DNA of 63,459 bases, counting the filler, from Pelomyxa schiedti (lineage: Eukaryota > Protista > Evosea), in assembly GCA_020536535.1 (NCBI GenBank). It is 10 parts of 10 records of this genome, joined end to end, with 100 filler letters (N's around TTAATTAATTAA, not from the genome) between each part and the next. Parts side by side here need not be neighbours in the genome. Positions count along the whole stretch, not along the records: positions 1 to 14,003 come from JAHLWZ010000159.1; positions 14,104 to 22,617 come from JAHLWZ010001317.1; 8 more parts are not named here. One strand, 5' to 3'. How positions within the stretch are numbered: the stretch's first letter is position 1; every line of letters begins with the position of its first letter. Shown one piece after another: positions 12,999 to 22,717 of the stretch. A program made the translations under genes and the position numbers. The notes beneath the pieces are model-generated. The model saw only the letters and a program-made list of their open reading frames with translations, did no database searches and was not told the origin of the DNA.

Positions 12999-14003
12999 NG
13001 CGCCACCAATAGAAGCTATTTCCTCTCTCCTAGCACCATCAACGTCATCATAAGATGCCGCCAACCTCTGAGCAGAATCACATGTTCCCTATCATTGTTT
13101 GTCGGTTGCATTTTACAAAAAAAAATTGCAACGGTTATTATTGGTTTCGGTTGTTGTTCCGTAGGTTGTGTTTATCGAAATATACCTTGAGTAAGTGGGC
13201 GACAACGCCGTTTACGTCGACGGTATCGCGGTATGTGCGCGGCGTTTCCTTGAGCAACCTTACTACTTCAGCCTGGTACCGCTCTAGAGTCTCGTGCAAT
13301 CCCCTCGTTCGCTCGACCAGAGATCCGCTCATTCACAATAACAACAGACGAACCACCGGTGTAACACCCGCTATTGTATGTATTTATATGTGTCGCTCCT
13401 TTCTTAGATCTCCACCCACCCACGCGTGGTATGTACTTGCACAGTAACGAGGAGCACAAAAAATTACCGAATTTTCCTTTCATTTCTGATTGACCAGTGT
13501 TAGCCCACTCTATCTCAGGATTTATCTCTCCACTATCCTCCTCCTTCTTACAGAGTGCTCTCTCCTCATTGATCAAGGACCCCGGGACGCCAACTTGGCC
13601 TCCGAAAAAAGAAATCGCAGGAACTAACGAATCACGATGAGCGGCACCGGCGCTGCGTGTGCGTCGGCGGCGACGGCGACGGGGGTTGGGGGGGAGCCAG
13701 GGGGCGGCGGGGTGCTGTGCGTGTCGTTCAACGCGGGCAACACGCGGTTCGGCGTGGGAACAACTGACGGGTGCGTCGTGCGTGCACGCGCGCAGTGGGC
13801 GCGTCTCTCTCTCTCTCTCTTTGTCTCTTTCTGTTGGTTCTTCTGGGGTTGTGAATCGACGCAACGCGCAATGCAATGTGGTGGTGCTATGTGGTGGTGG
13901 GTATGAGGATCAATTTCTGACTAGTACGCGCCCAGGTTTTACGTTTATGGGACGGAATCGCTGGGCTCGAGGGTTCCTTGCTTGTTTTATAGAAGTACGT
14001 GGT
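12999..14003. repeat. Second, slightly diverged copy of ~11905-12899 (SF3A3 5' exons, divergent promoter, Atg18 5' end); allelic haplotype or tandem duplicate
   Basis: Colinear match with scattered SNPs and small indels. The copies are separated by a 100-N gap and both end at ...GAAGTACGTGGT before a gap. Confidence 0.8.
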
Positions 14004-14528
14004 NNNNNNNNNNNNNNNNNNNNNNNNNNNNNNNNNNNNNNNNNNNNTTAATTAATTAANNNNNNNNNNNNNNNNNNNNNNNNNNNNNNNNNNNNNNNNN
14101 NNNTGGGGAGAAACCAGTTCACAGTGTGGCGAAAAGTGGAGTGAAGTGGTGGGAAGAGGTGAAAGTGGAGAGACAGAACCCCCCAGACCTTGTTTTTCTC
14201 ACTGTGGGGCAATTAGTGAATGTGGGGTGTTGTGTCTCCACAATATGTTGTCAGAATCTTTCAAAATCAAAAGAGAGACAGCAACAACCACTTGATTCCA
14301 GACAGCTGGGGTAATTTTCACATCACACTCATCAAGGCAAGTGCAGCAAATAAGCTGCCACATAAAGCTCTTCTTACACTAAGAGATGTTGGGAAGACTA
14401 CATCTGTTGCAGCAACAGACATTGAAGAAATTCATGAAGACAGCACAATTCACTTTGACTGAGTTGAAAGTAAAGTTTGTATGTAATTTTTACATGTTTA
14501 CATTGCTTAGGAACAATGAAAACAACTG

Positions 14529-14861
14529 ATGACCTTTCATGATGAACAGATCAAATTACACAAGAAGATACGTGAGACTACACAACAAGAATGCTCTCTT
14601 CAATACACACAAGAGATGCGTCTGCTTGAAGAAAATGTGAAGCTGCTAAAGACTCACAATGAAGACTTGAAGAAGGAGCTTAGTGACTTGAAAAAAGAGC
14701 TCACTGCTCAACGTGAAAGGTATGAGGAACAACTTGCTCACAAGGACAAAGAGCATGCACTTGAAACTGAAACCCTCAAGCAACACATAGAACAACTTCA
14801 CCAGACTCTCACTCAAACTTATCAAAGTATGCTTGATAAATATTGCCTTAAAAAAACATAA
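14529..14861 (+). CDS. Coiled-coil ORF, possibly the N-terminal part of the adjacent transposase relic
   Basis: 110-aa E/K/L/Q heptad-rich ORF ending at an A-run (CTTAAAAAAACATAA) where a frameshift would continue into 14860-15030. Confidence 0.4.
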   Translation: MTFHDEQIKLHKKIRETTQQECSLQYTQEMRLLEENVKLLKTHNEDLKKELSDLKKELTAQRERYEEQLAHKDKEHALETETLKQHIEQLHQTLTQTYQSMLDKYCLKKT

Positions 14862-15858
14862 AAATTTCTTGTGCTTTTTCAGATTCTGAGACATCTTGGC
14901 AGCATGCTCAAAGCTGTCAATCACTAGAGAATAAGAGAGAGAGAATGGCTGAAATTCAGTACATTTGTCAAACTGCAGATGAATTTGTCAAATCCAGAAT
15001 GGGTCTGTCTGTGCAAATTACTAAAACTTAAGCAGAGAAAAAAGGCAATGTTGACATGTCTGCATGAGCACAGTGATTGGGCCCATATTACACCACTACA
15101 ACCACCATTGAATGGAGCATTTCTCTCTTGTCCAGCAATGTTTTCTTTTCTAGTGAAACATGCTTCTTCTCACAGACTGTGGCATCTGCATGGTTTAGGC
15201 CACATCCTTGTGAAAGGTTTCATTGATGGTTGGCAACTGTTGGGAAAAAGTCTCAGGGCTATAAAGCTTTGGCCACAACTCTAAAGGTTGCTATCAACAC
15301 ATGTGCCTCTCATTGGCCAAAAAAAACTTTTCAAGCAAACACAGCCAAAGCAGTGATGGAATCTCATTGTTTGGACCATCTTTGGGATTCTGCTTCTACC
15401 AGGGTTCAAACTGAGTTGAGCCAAAAAGTTTATGTTCTCTGGAGGCCAAATGATGTTCAAAACAGATCTTTGAGAAATATTTTGAATGACTTAGTGTCTG
15501 TCTTGAATTTTGCTTATGAGTGGTTACATTGTGAGAAGTTGACTGATGATATTCATTCAAGGTGGACCACAACTAGGAATAACATGTTAGCTTTATACTC
15601 CTTGTTTAGCCAAAAGCTCAACCCTCTGTTCACTATTGGTGTGAGCATTCATGGTCAGATGCTAAATTTTTTGGTCCCCCAAGTATTCTCAAACAAGAAC
15701 TAGCTGAAGCTATGAACAAATGGCATAAACATCTGAAGGAAGTTTGTTGCCGTGGTAGACTTTCTTCATCTGACCCACACAACACTTGGGAGTGTTTGTT
15801 ACAACAAATTGTTGCTTTGACAACCTTGTCAGCACTGTTAAATATTGAGTTGGCTTAA
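14860..15858 (+). mobile_element. Degenerate Transib/RAG1-like (DDE) transposase relic with frameshifts
   Basis: Ordered motifs across frames: IKISC, YICQTADE, SDW...LSCP, LWHLH, LYSLF..KLNP..IGVSIHG, then after a frameshift at ~15656-15661 KFFGPPSILKQELAEAMNKWHKH. These parallel RAG1 VKESCDG, LCLMLADE, DE...CTLC, DALH, H..AH, SEGNESGNK. Confidence 0.45.
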
Positions 15859-15882
15859 AACTTAAAAACTTTTTCTCAGACC

Positions 15883-16011
15883 AAAAAGTCCATACCTCCG
15901 CCCCTGGGGCGGAGGTTTTTTTCCCTATCAAAAAGTGCATACCTCCGCCCGGGTGGAAGTTTTTGTTGGGGTGGAAGTATGTACTTTTTGATAGGTAAAA
16001 AACTTCCGCCC
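15883..16011. repeat. Nested hairpin / subterminal repeat next to the transposase relic
   Basis: 15908-15950 is an imperfect reverse complement of 15969-16011. AAAAAGT(C/G)CATACCTCCGCCC occurs twice. CCTCCGCCCCTGGGGCGGAGG forms a hairpin. Confidence 0.7.
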
Positions 16012-16091
16012 ATTGACCCAGATATGCTTTCTAAAGAATAAGACGGAATACCATAACACCTAGTATAAGTAAAAACTTGGCGCACTCACCA

Positions 16092-16193
16092 GGGCCAACT
16101 GGTCTGGTGTAACCTGAAGAATCGGCTCATTCTCTGACAAACTCCACCAGGCAAGCACAGCCCCGAGTGTCCTGTGGGGTATCAGCTTGGCCT
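16092..16193 (-). other. Isolated exon-like segment (polypyrimidine-CAG acceptor, GTGAGT donor, open frame)
   Basis: Minus strand TTTT...TGCAG|AKLIPHRTLGAVLAWWSLSENEPILQVTPDQLAL|GTGAGT. No family recognised. Confidence 0.3.
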
Positions 16194-16272
16194 GCAAAAA
16201 AAAAAAAAACAAATGGTGTGGCGAGGTGACTTCGCGTCGCTGTAGTTCTAAGTACGGTTCTAATCACTGATG

Positions 16273-16381
16273 GATTTCTGGGAAAACTACCGCGAATCTG
16301 TTGGGACCCTGAGGGAGATCCAGGCGACACCTAGAACTGATTCTAGCGCCTTTATAAGGCGGGAACAACACCATCGTAGTT
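16273..16381 (-). repeat. Dispersed ~105-bp twin-hairpin element, copy 1
   Basis: Reverse complement closely matches 42777-42879. Confidence 0.75.
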
Positions 16382-17460
16382 ATTGCAAGCAAAAGCTAAA
16401 GTAATAAACAATAAACTCTTGTGTTTGTATTCGGGCTTCTTTCTCCCTTACTACACAAGTAAAACAACAACCATCGACACCCCAGCACACCTCACAGTGT
16501 GGTGGTTACTATCCCAACCCAATCTACCTCGGCACATAAATAAAGTTTTGTTGTTTAGCGGGTTAGGCTAGAAGACAGTGAGGAGGAGGATTTTGCTGGC
16601 AGTACAGAGATCCCAATTTCTGAGCACAGTGCCACCTGATATTGCATTCCAAAGAGCACAGTGTAGCTTCTTTCCCAATTCACAGGGTTTGTGCACTAGC
16701 CTCAACCAAAGAAAGCTTGCACCACATACAAGCTCGTTTCACCTTTGGCCAAGAACACCAAGCATCGTGGATGCATTCTTGGGATGTTGTATTGGCTTCC
16801 ATTTGAGGAGGAGCAAGTGCTAGACAAACACAAGACAAATAGTCACATATCATCTTTGGCCTGGGATTACCAGTAACATCAACAGCCTGTAGAAAGTTAT
16901 TTAACTTCAAAAGTCATGAACAAACATAGTTGTAATGGTAAGCATTATTGAACAGAGCATAAAGAAGCATATCAAATGTGACCGATGGATTTGCACAATG
17001 ATGTGTTTATTTTTGTCCACTTGGCACTTGTGTTTACCCTTTCTTCATCATCCTCAGGAGTGTCATTTGAACGACGATGATTGCTTTGTGGTCTGGTTAC
17101 TGGTGCAGGATCCACATTTGAGCCATCATCACCAAACTGTAGCTCTGGGCCAAACTCAGTGCCACTGCATTAAGAGTGTAAACATCTGAAAGGTCCTGGT
17201 GTTCTGTGCACATTTCCTTAACATAGAGCTTTTTGTTTTATATTTGCTTCCTCCCCACCCAAAAATGGCTCTCTTTGTTCGCACATTTTTGGGTGGTTTC
17301 CTATTTACTTTTTAATAAGCTTTTAAACACCTACCGGCCCCATGTTTTTTGTTGCTTGTGCCCACCAGTACCAAGTGTATTATCACTTTTTCAGCTGACT
17401 AACACAACCACTGATTTCACATCACATTCTTACTAAGGATTTTGGAGGAGATTACTGGGA

Positions 17461-18123
17461 CTGAAGGGAAGTATGTTAAACATGGCTAAGTGATTGAATG
17501 TCAAGGAACTCCATCACACCAGTGATTTCTGTGTTGTATTGAACCATCATCTGTGTCATGTCAAATCTGCAAAGAAAATGTCAAACAGTTATCAGCAAGG
17601 AAAATGTGCCATACTGTGTCTCTGTGCTGGGTGCAAATTCAGTTTGCAAATGAATGGAAGGTCAAAGGGAGTTGAACCCCGAAGTTCATAGTTCCACTTC
17701 ACTGCTGGAAGGGATTTCTGGAAGGTCTGAATCGTTGCAATGTGTTTGTCCCAAGTTCCTTTTGAATTGTCAGTTTATAATTTGGGAATTCAACAAACCA
17801 TCAATGTAAGCCTCCAGAGAGAATGCAGAGTTGGCCCATCAATTGACACTGCCAATCCCAGTGGCACCCGTCCCACTGGACTTGGTTGCAGTAGTCGAGC
17901 TCGTGGCCTGGGGGACCACAGTGGCGAGGCGGGCCACGTTGCGGGGGCGGCCCGACGCGGCGGCGCGCACGAGGCTGTGCTTGGTGGCGAGGTGCAGGAA
18001 GCGCTGCTGGAACAGGTGGTACATCACCACCCTCTTTTCAGGGGGCGACTCTTTCCTCAAGTCGTCGGCCAATGTCAGAGGGCTGTACAAGTCCAGGTTA
18101 TCCGTCGACGATCCTTGCCCCAT
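17461..18123 (-). pseudogene. Internally deleted pseudogene of the ANK-F-box family
   Basis: MGQGSS...LADD...FQQRFL...HSLVRAAASG...VARLA matches the N-termini at 33656 and 35928. It then jumps ~1 kb to SAFSLEAYIDG|GTWDKHI...ELRGSTPFDLPF and TEITGVMEFLDIQSL, with a frameshift near GHELD and an in-frame TAA in the F-box. Confidence 0.85.
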
Positions 18124-18289
18124 TGTTAACGATTTAGCCGATCTTGATGCCTCAGGAGCAGATGGACAAGATCTTGTTTGCAAATGTATATGAGAGCGGT
18201 TCTTTCAATCTGTTTGTATGAGCCTGGTTGTCACAGGAAATTTGTGGGAACCAGCCGAACGCCAATTTTCCGTAAAAACAAACTGGGTG

Positions 18290-20672
18290 ATGGCGAGCCA
18301 ACAACAACCTCAGAGTTACAAACAGCCACGTACAGCCGCACAAACTGTCTCCACAAGTAACCTACAATTGTGTCTTCAATATCCGTACCCCCTCCCCCAG
18401 AAGACTCACGTCGTGAACTACCCGATGGGCGGCGGCGTGTACACAGGCACGCTCCTCGCAGGCCAGCGGCACGGCCAAGGCAAGTTCTCGTGGCCAGAGA
18501 TCGACCCCGCCACAGGCCTGCTCGAGACCCACGCCTACGACGGCGAGTGGAGCAACAACGTCCGGCAAGGCAAGGGCACGTACACATACCCCTGGGGCGA
18601 GACCGAGGAGGGCCAGTGGTGGTTCGGCCGGACTACCGGCCCGCGCGTGAACCGGTACCAGGACGGCTCGGTGTACGAGGGGGACACGTGCTGGGGCGTC
18701 ATGCGCTACGCCGAGGGCGGCTGGTACGAGGGCCAGTGGGAGGGCGAGAGGTGGAAGAGGGGGGCGTGGCACGACCCCAACGGCGTCGATGTGCACGAGG
18801 GCCAGTGGGAGTACTGCGAGGAGGGAGAGTGGTACTGCATGCAGGGGTGGGGGGTGCACAGGCAGAAGGTGGGGGCCGGGATGGTGACTGTGTACGAGGG
18901 GGAGTGGGACGGGGACATGATGCACGGGAGGGGGACGTGGAGGTCGCCTGACACTGGCGCGGTTTACTGCGGCGAGTTTGACCACGACAAGATGTGCGGG
19001 AACGGGGCGCTGTTCGATGGGAAAGGTGGGAGCTACGTGGGGCAATGGCTGGATGGTAAGTTCCACGGGAATGGTGTGTTGCTGGAACCGGATGGGAGCA
19101 GGTACACTGGCCAGTTTGAACGCGGGGAGGCACATGGCACGGGAGAAAAGTGGGGGAAGCGTGGGTCATCATTCGAAGGTGTGTGGAACAGAGGTGCCCC
19201 CCTCAAGGGGACTGCCAGATGGCCAAATGGCGACGAGTTCGCTGGCACATTCACAAGCATCAAAGGAGAAGGGAGTGGCGTGGCACAGTTGTCTGGTGAG
19301 GGTACCCTGAACATTACCTCTGGTAGCCTGAAAGGACTGAAGGGAACTCTTCATAATGATACATTTCAATCAACTGATGGTGCTGTTCTGCATAAAATGG
19401 GGTTTTCAGTACCACAGCCAGTACTGGAACAGCAGATCATGGTACTTTTACTTGGAAAAGCCTTCAATTTATGACTCAATCATAATTTACCAGATTCTGC
19501 AAAAGGAGCTTGAGGAAGTGAGCAACTTTTTGCCACAAGTCAACAACTCTAAAACCTGGACTGAATTGAGCAATGCCTTCGCACTTTCCAAGCAGCTTGC
19601 CTTCCAGGTGAAAAAGGCAACACCAGAGCTGGTCTCATTGGAGGAAAAGTTAGCAAAAATGAAGGAGTGCATTGACTCGACCACATCACACAACAAGGCA
19701 CTGGTAATGCAGCTGTCAGAATTGACAAAACTTAAGGTTTCACTGGAAAATGGAATCGAGGAATCCGAGAGAGCTTGCAAGGTGATACTTGGTCAGACAC
19801 TGACAGAGCACAACACTGAGGCTGAGATACAACAGTGCTCAAGGAACCTCACGCTTCTTACAAAGAGATTCCTGCAAGCCAAACCACCTCTGCCAGAAAA
19901 TTTACCAACAGGTAAATTTTCAACCCTCTCTCCCACATCACTCACTCACCCCAACAGGTCATCCTGATGAGCCAATGGCTTCAAAACTGTTGCCCCCACC
20001 CCAGGCCCCTCCAAGCACCTCGCCTCCTTTGGGATTGTGCAGCACACTCACAGACACACTTGTTCAACTGCAAGGATGCAGGCTCGAAGAATGCACCCAA
20101 CTGGCACACCACCACACAGACTTGGCAAACGAGCTGTCTGAACTGAGTACACAGTCCACGCACATTCAGCAGCAAGTTGAAGAACTACAAGAAGTGTGCC
20201 AGAAGCTGAACATCAAGAACAAGCACAAGCAGATGGTGAGGCGCAGCCTGGAGGGTGATGACCAGTTCGTTGGGTGCCCTGGTGTGTTGTCTGAACTCTC
20301 TGAGCTCCTCCCACAGGCACAACAATCCATCACTGATGTTTTGGTTGCCAAGTCAACAACAGCCTCTTCTGCCTCTTCTTCAGTTCAAATCAACAACATC
20401 AGCCAGCAAGTGTGTGACCAAAACAAAACAGCCACTGAAACTCCAATCAGAGCAGTCATGGATGATGGAAGTAACCAAGGTGGGATGTGCATTGAGTGTG
20501 ATGAGAGGCCTCGCAACATTTGCCTGCATCCATGTGGTCACACAGTCCTGTGCTCCGATGTATGTATTTCTTGACATTCTTTCTGCACAACAAACACACC
20601 ATACAGTGTGCTACGTTTGTGAGAAAGTGCCCATACTGCAGATCACCAATCCAACACAAACAAAGCCTATGA
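18290..20672 (+). CDS. MORN-repeat, coiled-coil, C-terminal RING (C3HC4, IAP/MDM-like) protein
   Basis: More than 10 YxGxW/FxxGxxxGxG MORN repeats in 18400-19300; helical middle; spliced RING CIECDERPRNICLHPCGHTVLCSD|CATFVRKCPYCR; TGA at 20670-20672. Confidence 0.85.
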
Positions 20673-20997
20673 TTCAACCAACCAAATTGCCACTGTCTGG
20701 CCAATGCCTTGTTGGTAAAAAAAAAATGTGTCTAAACAAACCCTCGTTGTTCTGACCCTGGGCATCTTTCAAGAAAAGTGCCAAGATGAATTGTCATTGT
20801 ACTTTCTCCAGTCTTGCTGAGACTTGGGCTCTTCGGGTGAACAAAAACTGTTGGGTTGCGTGGGTGTGGGTTGACCTCAGAAGGATCTAAAAAATAGGGG
20901 TCAATGGGGCGGCGCGGGGCACCATGAGGAGGAATGACAGGATCAGTTGTGTTGTTTCTGTATCGTTGGAAATATCTTTTGATCACACGCCAGTGCC

Positions 20998-22263
20998 TCA
21001 AAGACGGGTGATGTGTTGAACACATGGGACGGTGAGTATCAAGGTGAGGACACACACACCAGTCGAAGCCTCAATCACCCTGATCCTGTCAGGTGAACAC
21101 ACAAACAAGAATCCCGAATTTGCCTCCATTGTGGCCATTGTTGGCCCACCACCCAGTGAATCACCAAATCTAATCACCCTCACCTTTTCTGGCCTGACAC
21201 CATTGCTGCAGTCCCACACTTCTGCGAATGCACTTGGGTGGCGCTCGGTGCACACACAGAACTGCGATTCTGACAGCTGTGACAGGTTCGGGTCAGCTTC
21301 GTTCACCTCAGTGGCAACTGTTTGCTCACCTTGTTGTGGCACTGTGTCAAACACTGCACTCAACTGGAAAGACCTCCAGTCATAGGTCTTCCTGAGAATG
21401 AAGCACCTGGAACCACCCGCCGTTATCAGGCACAGCACCTGTGAGATTCCGATATCTCCCTCTCCAGTAATCACACACTGTGTGTCAGACACAATCACCA
21501 GGCTCCTGGATTCGAACGACTTGGCGACATCAACAACCAAAGCAGACAAGCACTTCTTGTTTGGTCTGTGAGTCAGCACAAACACCGCCTTGTCAGGATC
21601 AGACCGTCCACAAAATGCCACGCACTTGACATGACAAGGAAACGGCGGGTCCACTCGGCACCGAGCAAACTTCATCCCAGCCAAGTCAACAACCTTGGCG
21701 ATGATCACGTCGGTGCCCTCCTCGACCCCAGCGCAAGAGAACATCACCACCCACCTGGAGTTTCCACAGTAGCTCCCGTTGCTGTTGTTGTTCACCACGT
21801 AGTACTCCCCACCCTTCTTGGTCCCACTCACGGCTGCATCCACCACCCTGAGCTCGTACGCACACCCACCCCACTCCGTGCCCAGGTGGCGGTCGACGTC
21901 TAGCCTCGCGATGGGGCACAGGCAGTGTGTGGTGACGGGCCTCGTGAGGGCCAGAGCCGCGGGGGACACGCACAGCTGCACGCCGCAGTCGTGGGGGGTG
22001 TTGCCGACGGGGACGAGGTCCACGACGAAGCGGACCTGGGTGGCCGCGATGTAGTCGGACCACAGGGCGCGCAGGAACGAGAGCCACACGCCCCCGGCGT
22101 CGACAGGGGAGTACCCCCGGAGAAGGAGGAGGGCGAGGGCGGTGTGCGCGCCGCATCGCGGGTGGACCGCAAGCATCAGTGACACCATTTGGGACTGCGC
22201 AGTTGTGGCTCCTTCGACTCGAATTGGAGGTGTGCGTTGGGGCTGTGGCCCTGTGGTGGCCAT
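20998..22263 (-). CDS. Hypothetical protein (421 aa, single exon) with N-terminal HPRCG motif and beta-rich body
   Basis: Long uninterrupted ORF with ATG start and GC3-rich 5' half. No catalytic motif recognised. Confidence 0.7.
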   Translation of the reverse strand: MATTGPQPQRTPPIRVEGATTAQSQMVSLMLAVHPRCGAHTALALLLLRGYSPVDAGGVWLSFLRALWSDYIAATQVRFVVDLVPVGNTPHDCGVQLCVSPAALALTRPVTTHCLCPIARLDVDRHLGTEWGGCAYELRVVDAAVSGTKKGGEYYVVNNNSNGSYCGNSRWVVMFSCAGVEEGTDVIIAKVVDLAGMKFARCRVDPPFPCHVKCVAFCGRSDPDKAVFVLTHRPNKKCLSALVVDVAKSFESRSLVIVSDTQCVITGEGDIGISQVLCLITAGGSRCFILRKTYDWRSFQLSAVFDTVPQQGEQTVATEVNEADPNLSQLSESQFCVCTERHPSAFAEVWDCSNGVRPEKVRVIRFGDSLGGGPTMATMEANSGFLFVCSPDRIRVIEASTGVCVLTLILTVPCVQHITRL

Positions 22264-22717
22264 ACTTGTTTGTGATCACTTTGTACTTTTCCTGTAAAAA
22301 TGGAAATGCGCGCTCTTCTGAAGGAAGGCGCCGCCCTTCGACCCTAGAGACGGAAAAAAAAACCCCCCACGGCCACCGCAAGGTGTCGCCAAAAACAACC
22401 GTTGCCATCCTGTGTTTCACAGAAAGAGAGTATCCCCGAAAAAGAATCATCAGGGTCATCGTCAGTAAAAACACCAACAAAAAAGCTTGTTTTTTGTTGG
22501 AATTGGGAATGGAAGGCTGGGCTAAAGACTGACATGGTCACCAGCCGTACCTGCCTTGTGTTTGGGACTTGGTTTTTCTGCATTGCATTCGTTTGAGGGA
22601 GAGTTCTGCTTCGCGTTNNNNNNNNNNNNNNNNNNNNNNNNNNNNNNNNNNNNNNNNNNNNTTAATTAATTAANNNNNNNNNNNNNNNNNNNNNNNNNNN
22701 NNNNNNNNNNNNNNNNN

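Noticed and set aside
14048-14059. TTAATTAATTAA recurring about ten times inside N runs (also ~22662, 30866, 32648, 46540, 48201, 51713, 52864, 62349)
   Set aside because: Always flanked by Ns and encodes stops in all six frames, so it is an artificial contig-joining linker and not a biological repeat.
14120-14126. CACAGTG (RSS heptamer) upstream of the RAG1/Transib-like relic
   Set aside because: No nonamer at 12 or 23 bp, no matching right-end heptamer found, and a 7-mer is expected by chance several times in 63 kb.
18231-19172. Long overlapping and antisense ORFs in GC-rich exons (also 21686-22480, 24218-24862, 33737-34315, 35808-36674, 61608-62360)
   Set aside because: Shadow frames caused by high GC3 in the real genes; the translations are R/P/A-rich with no motifs.
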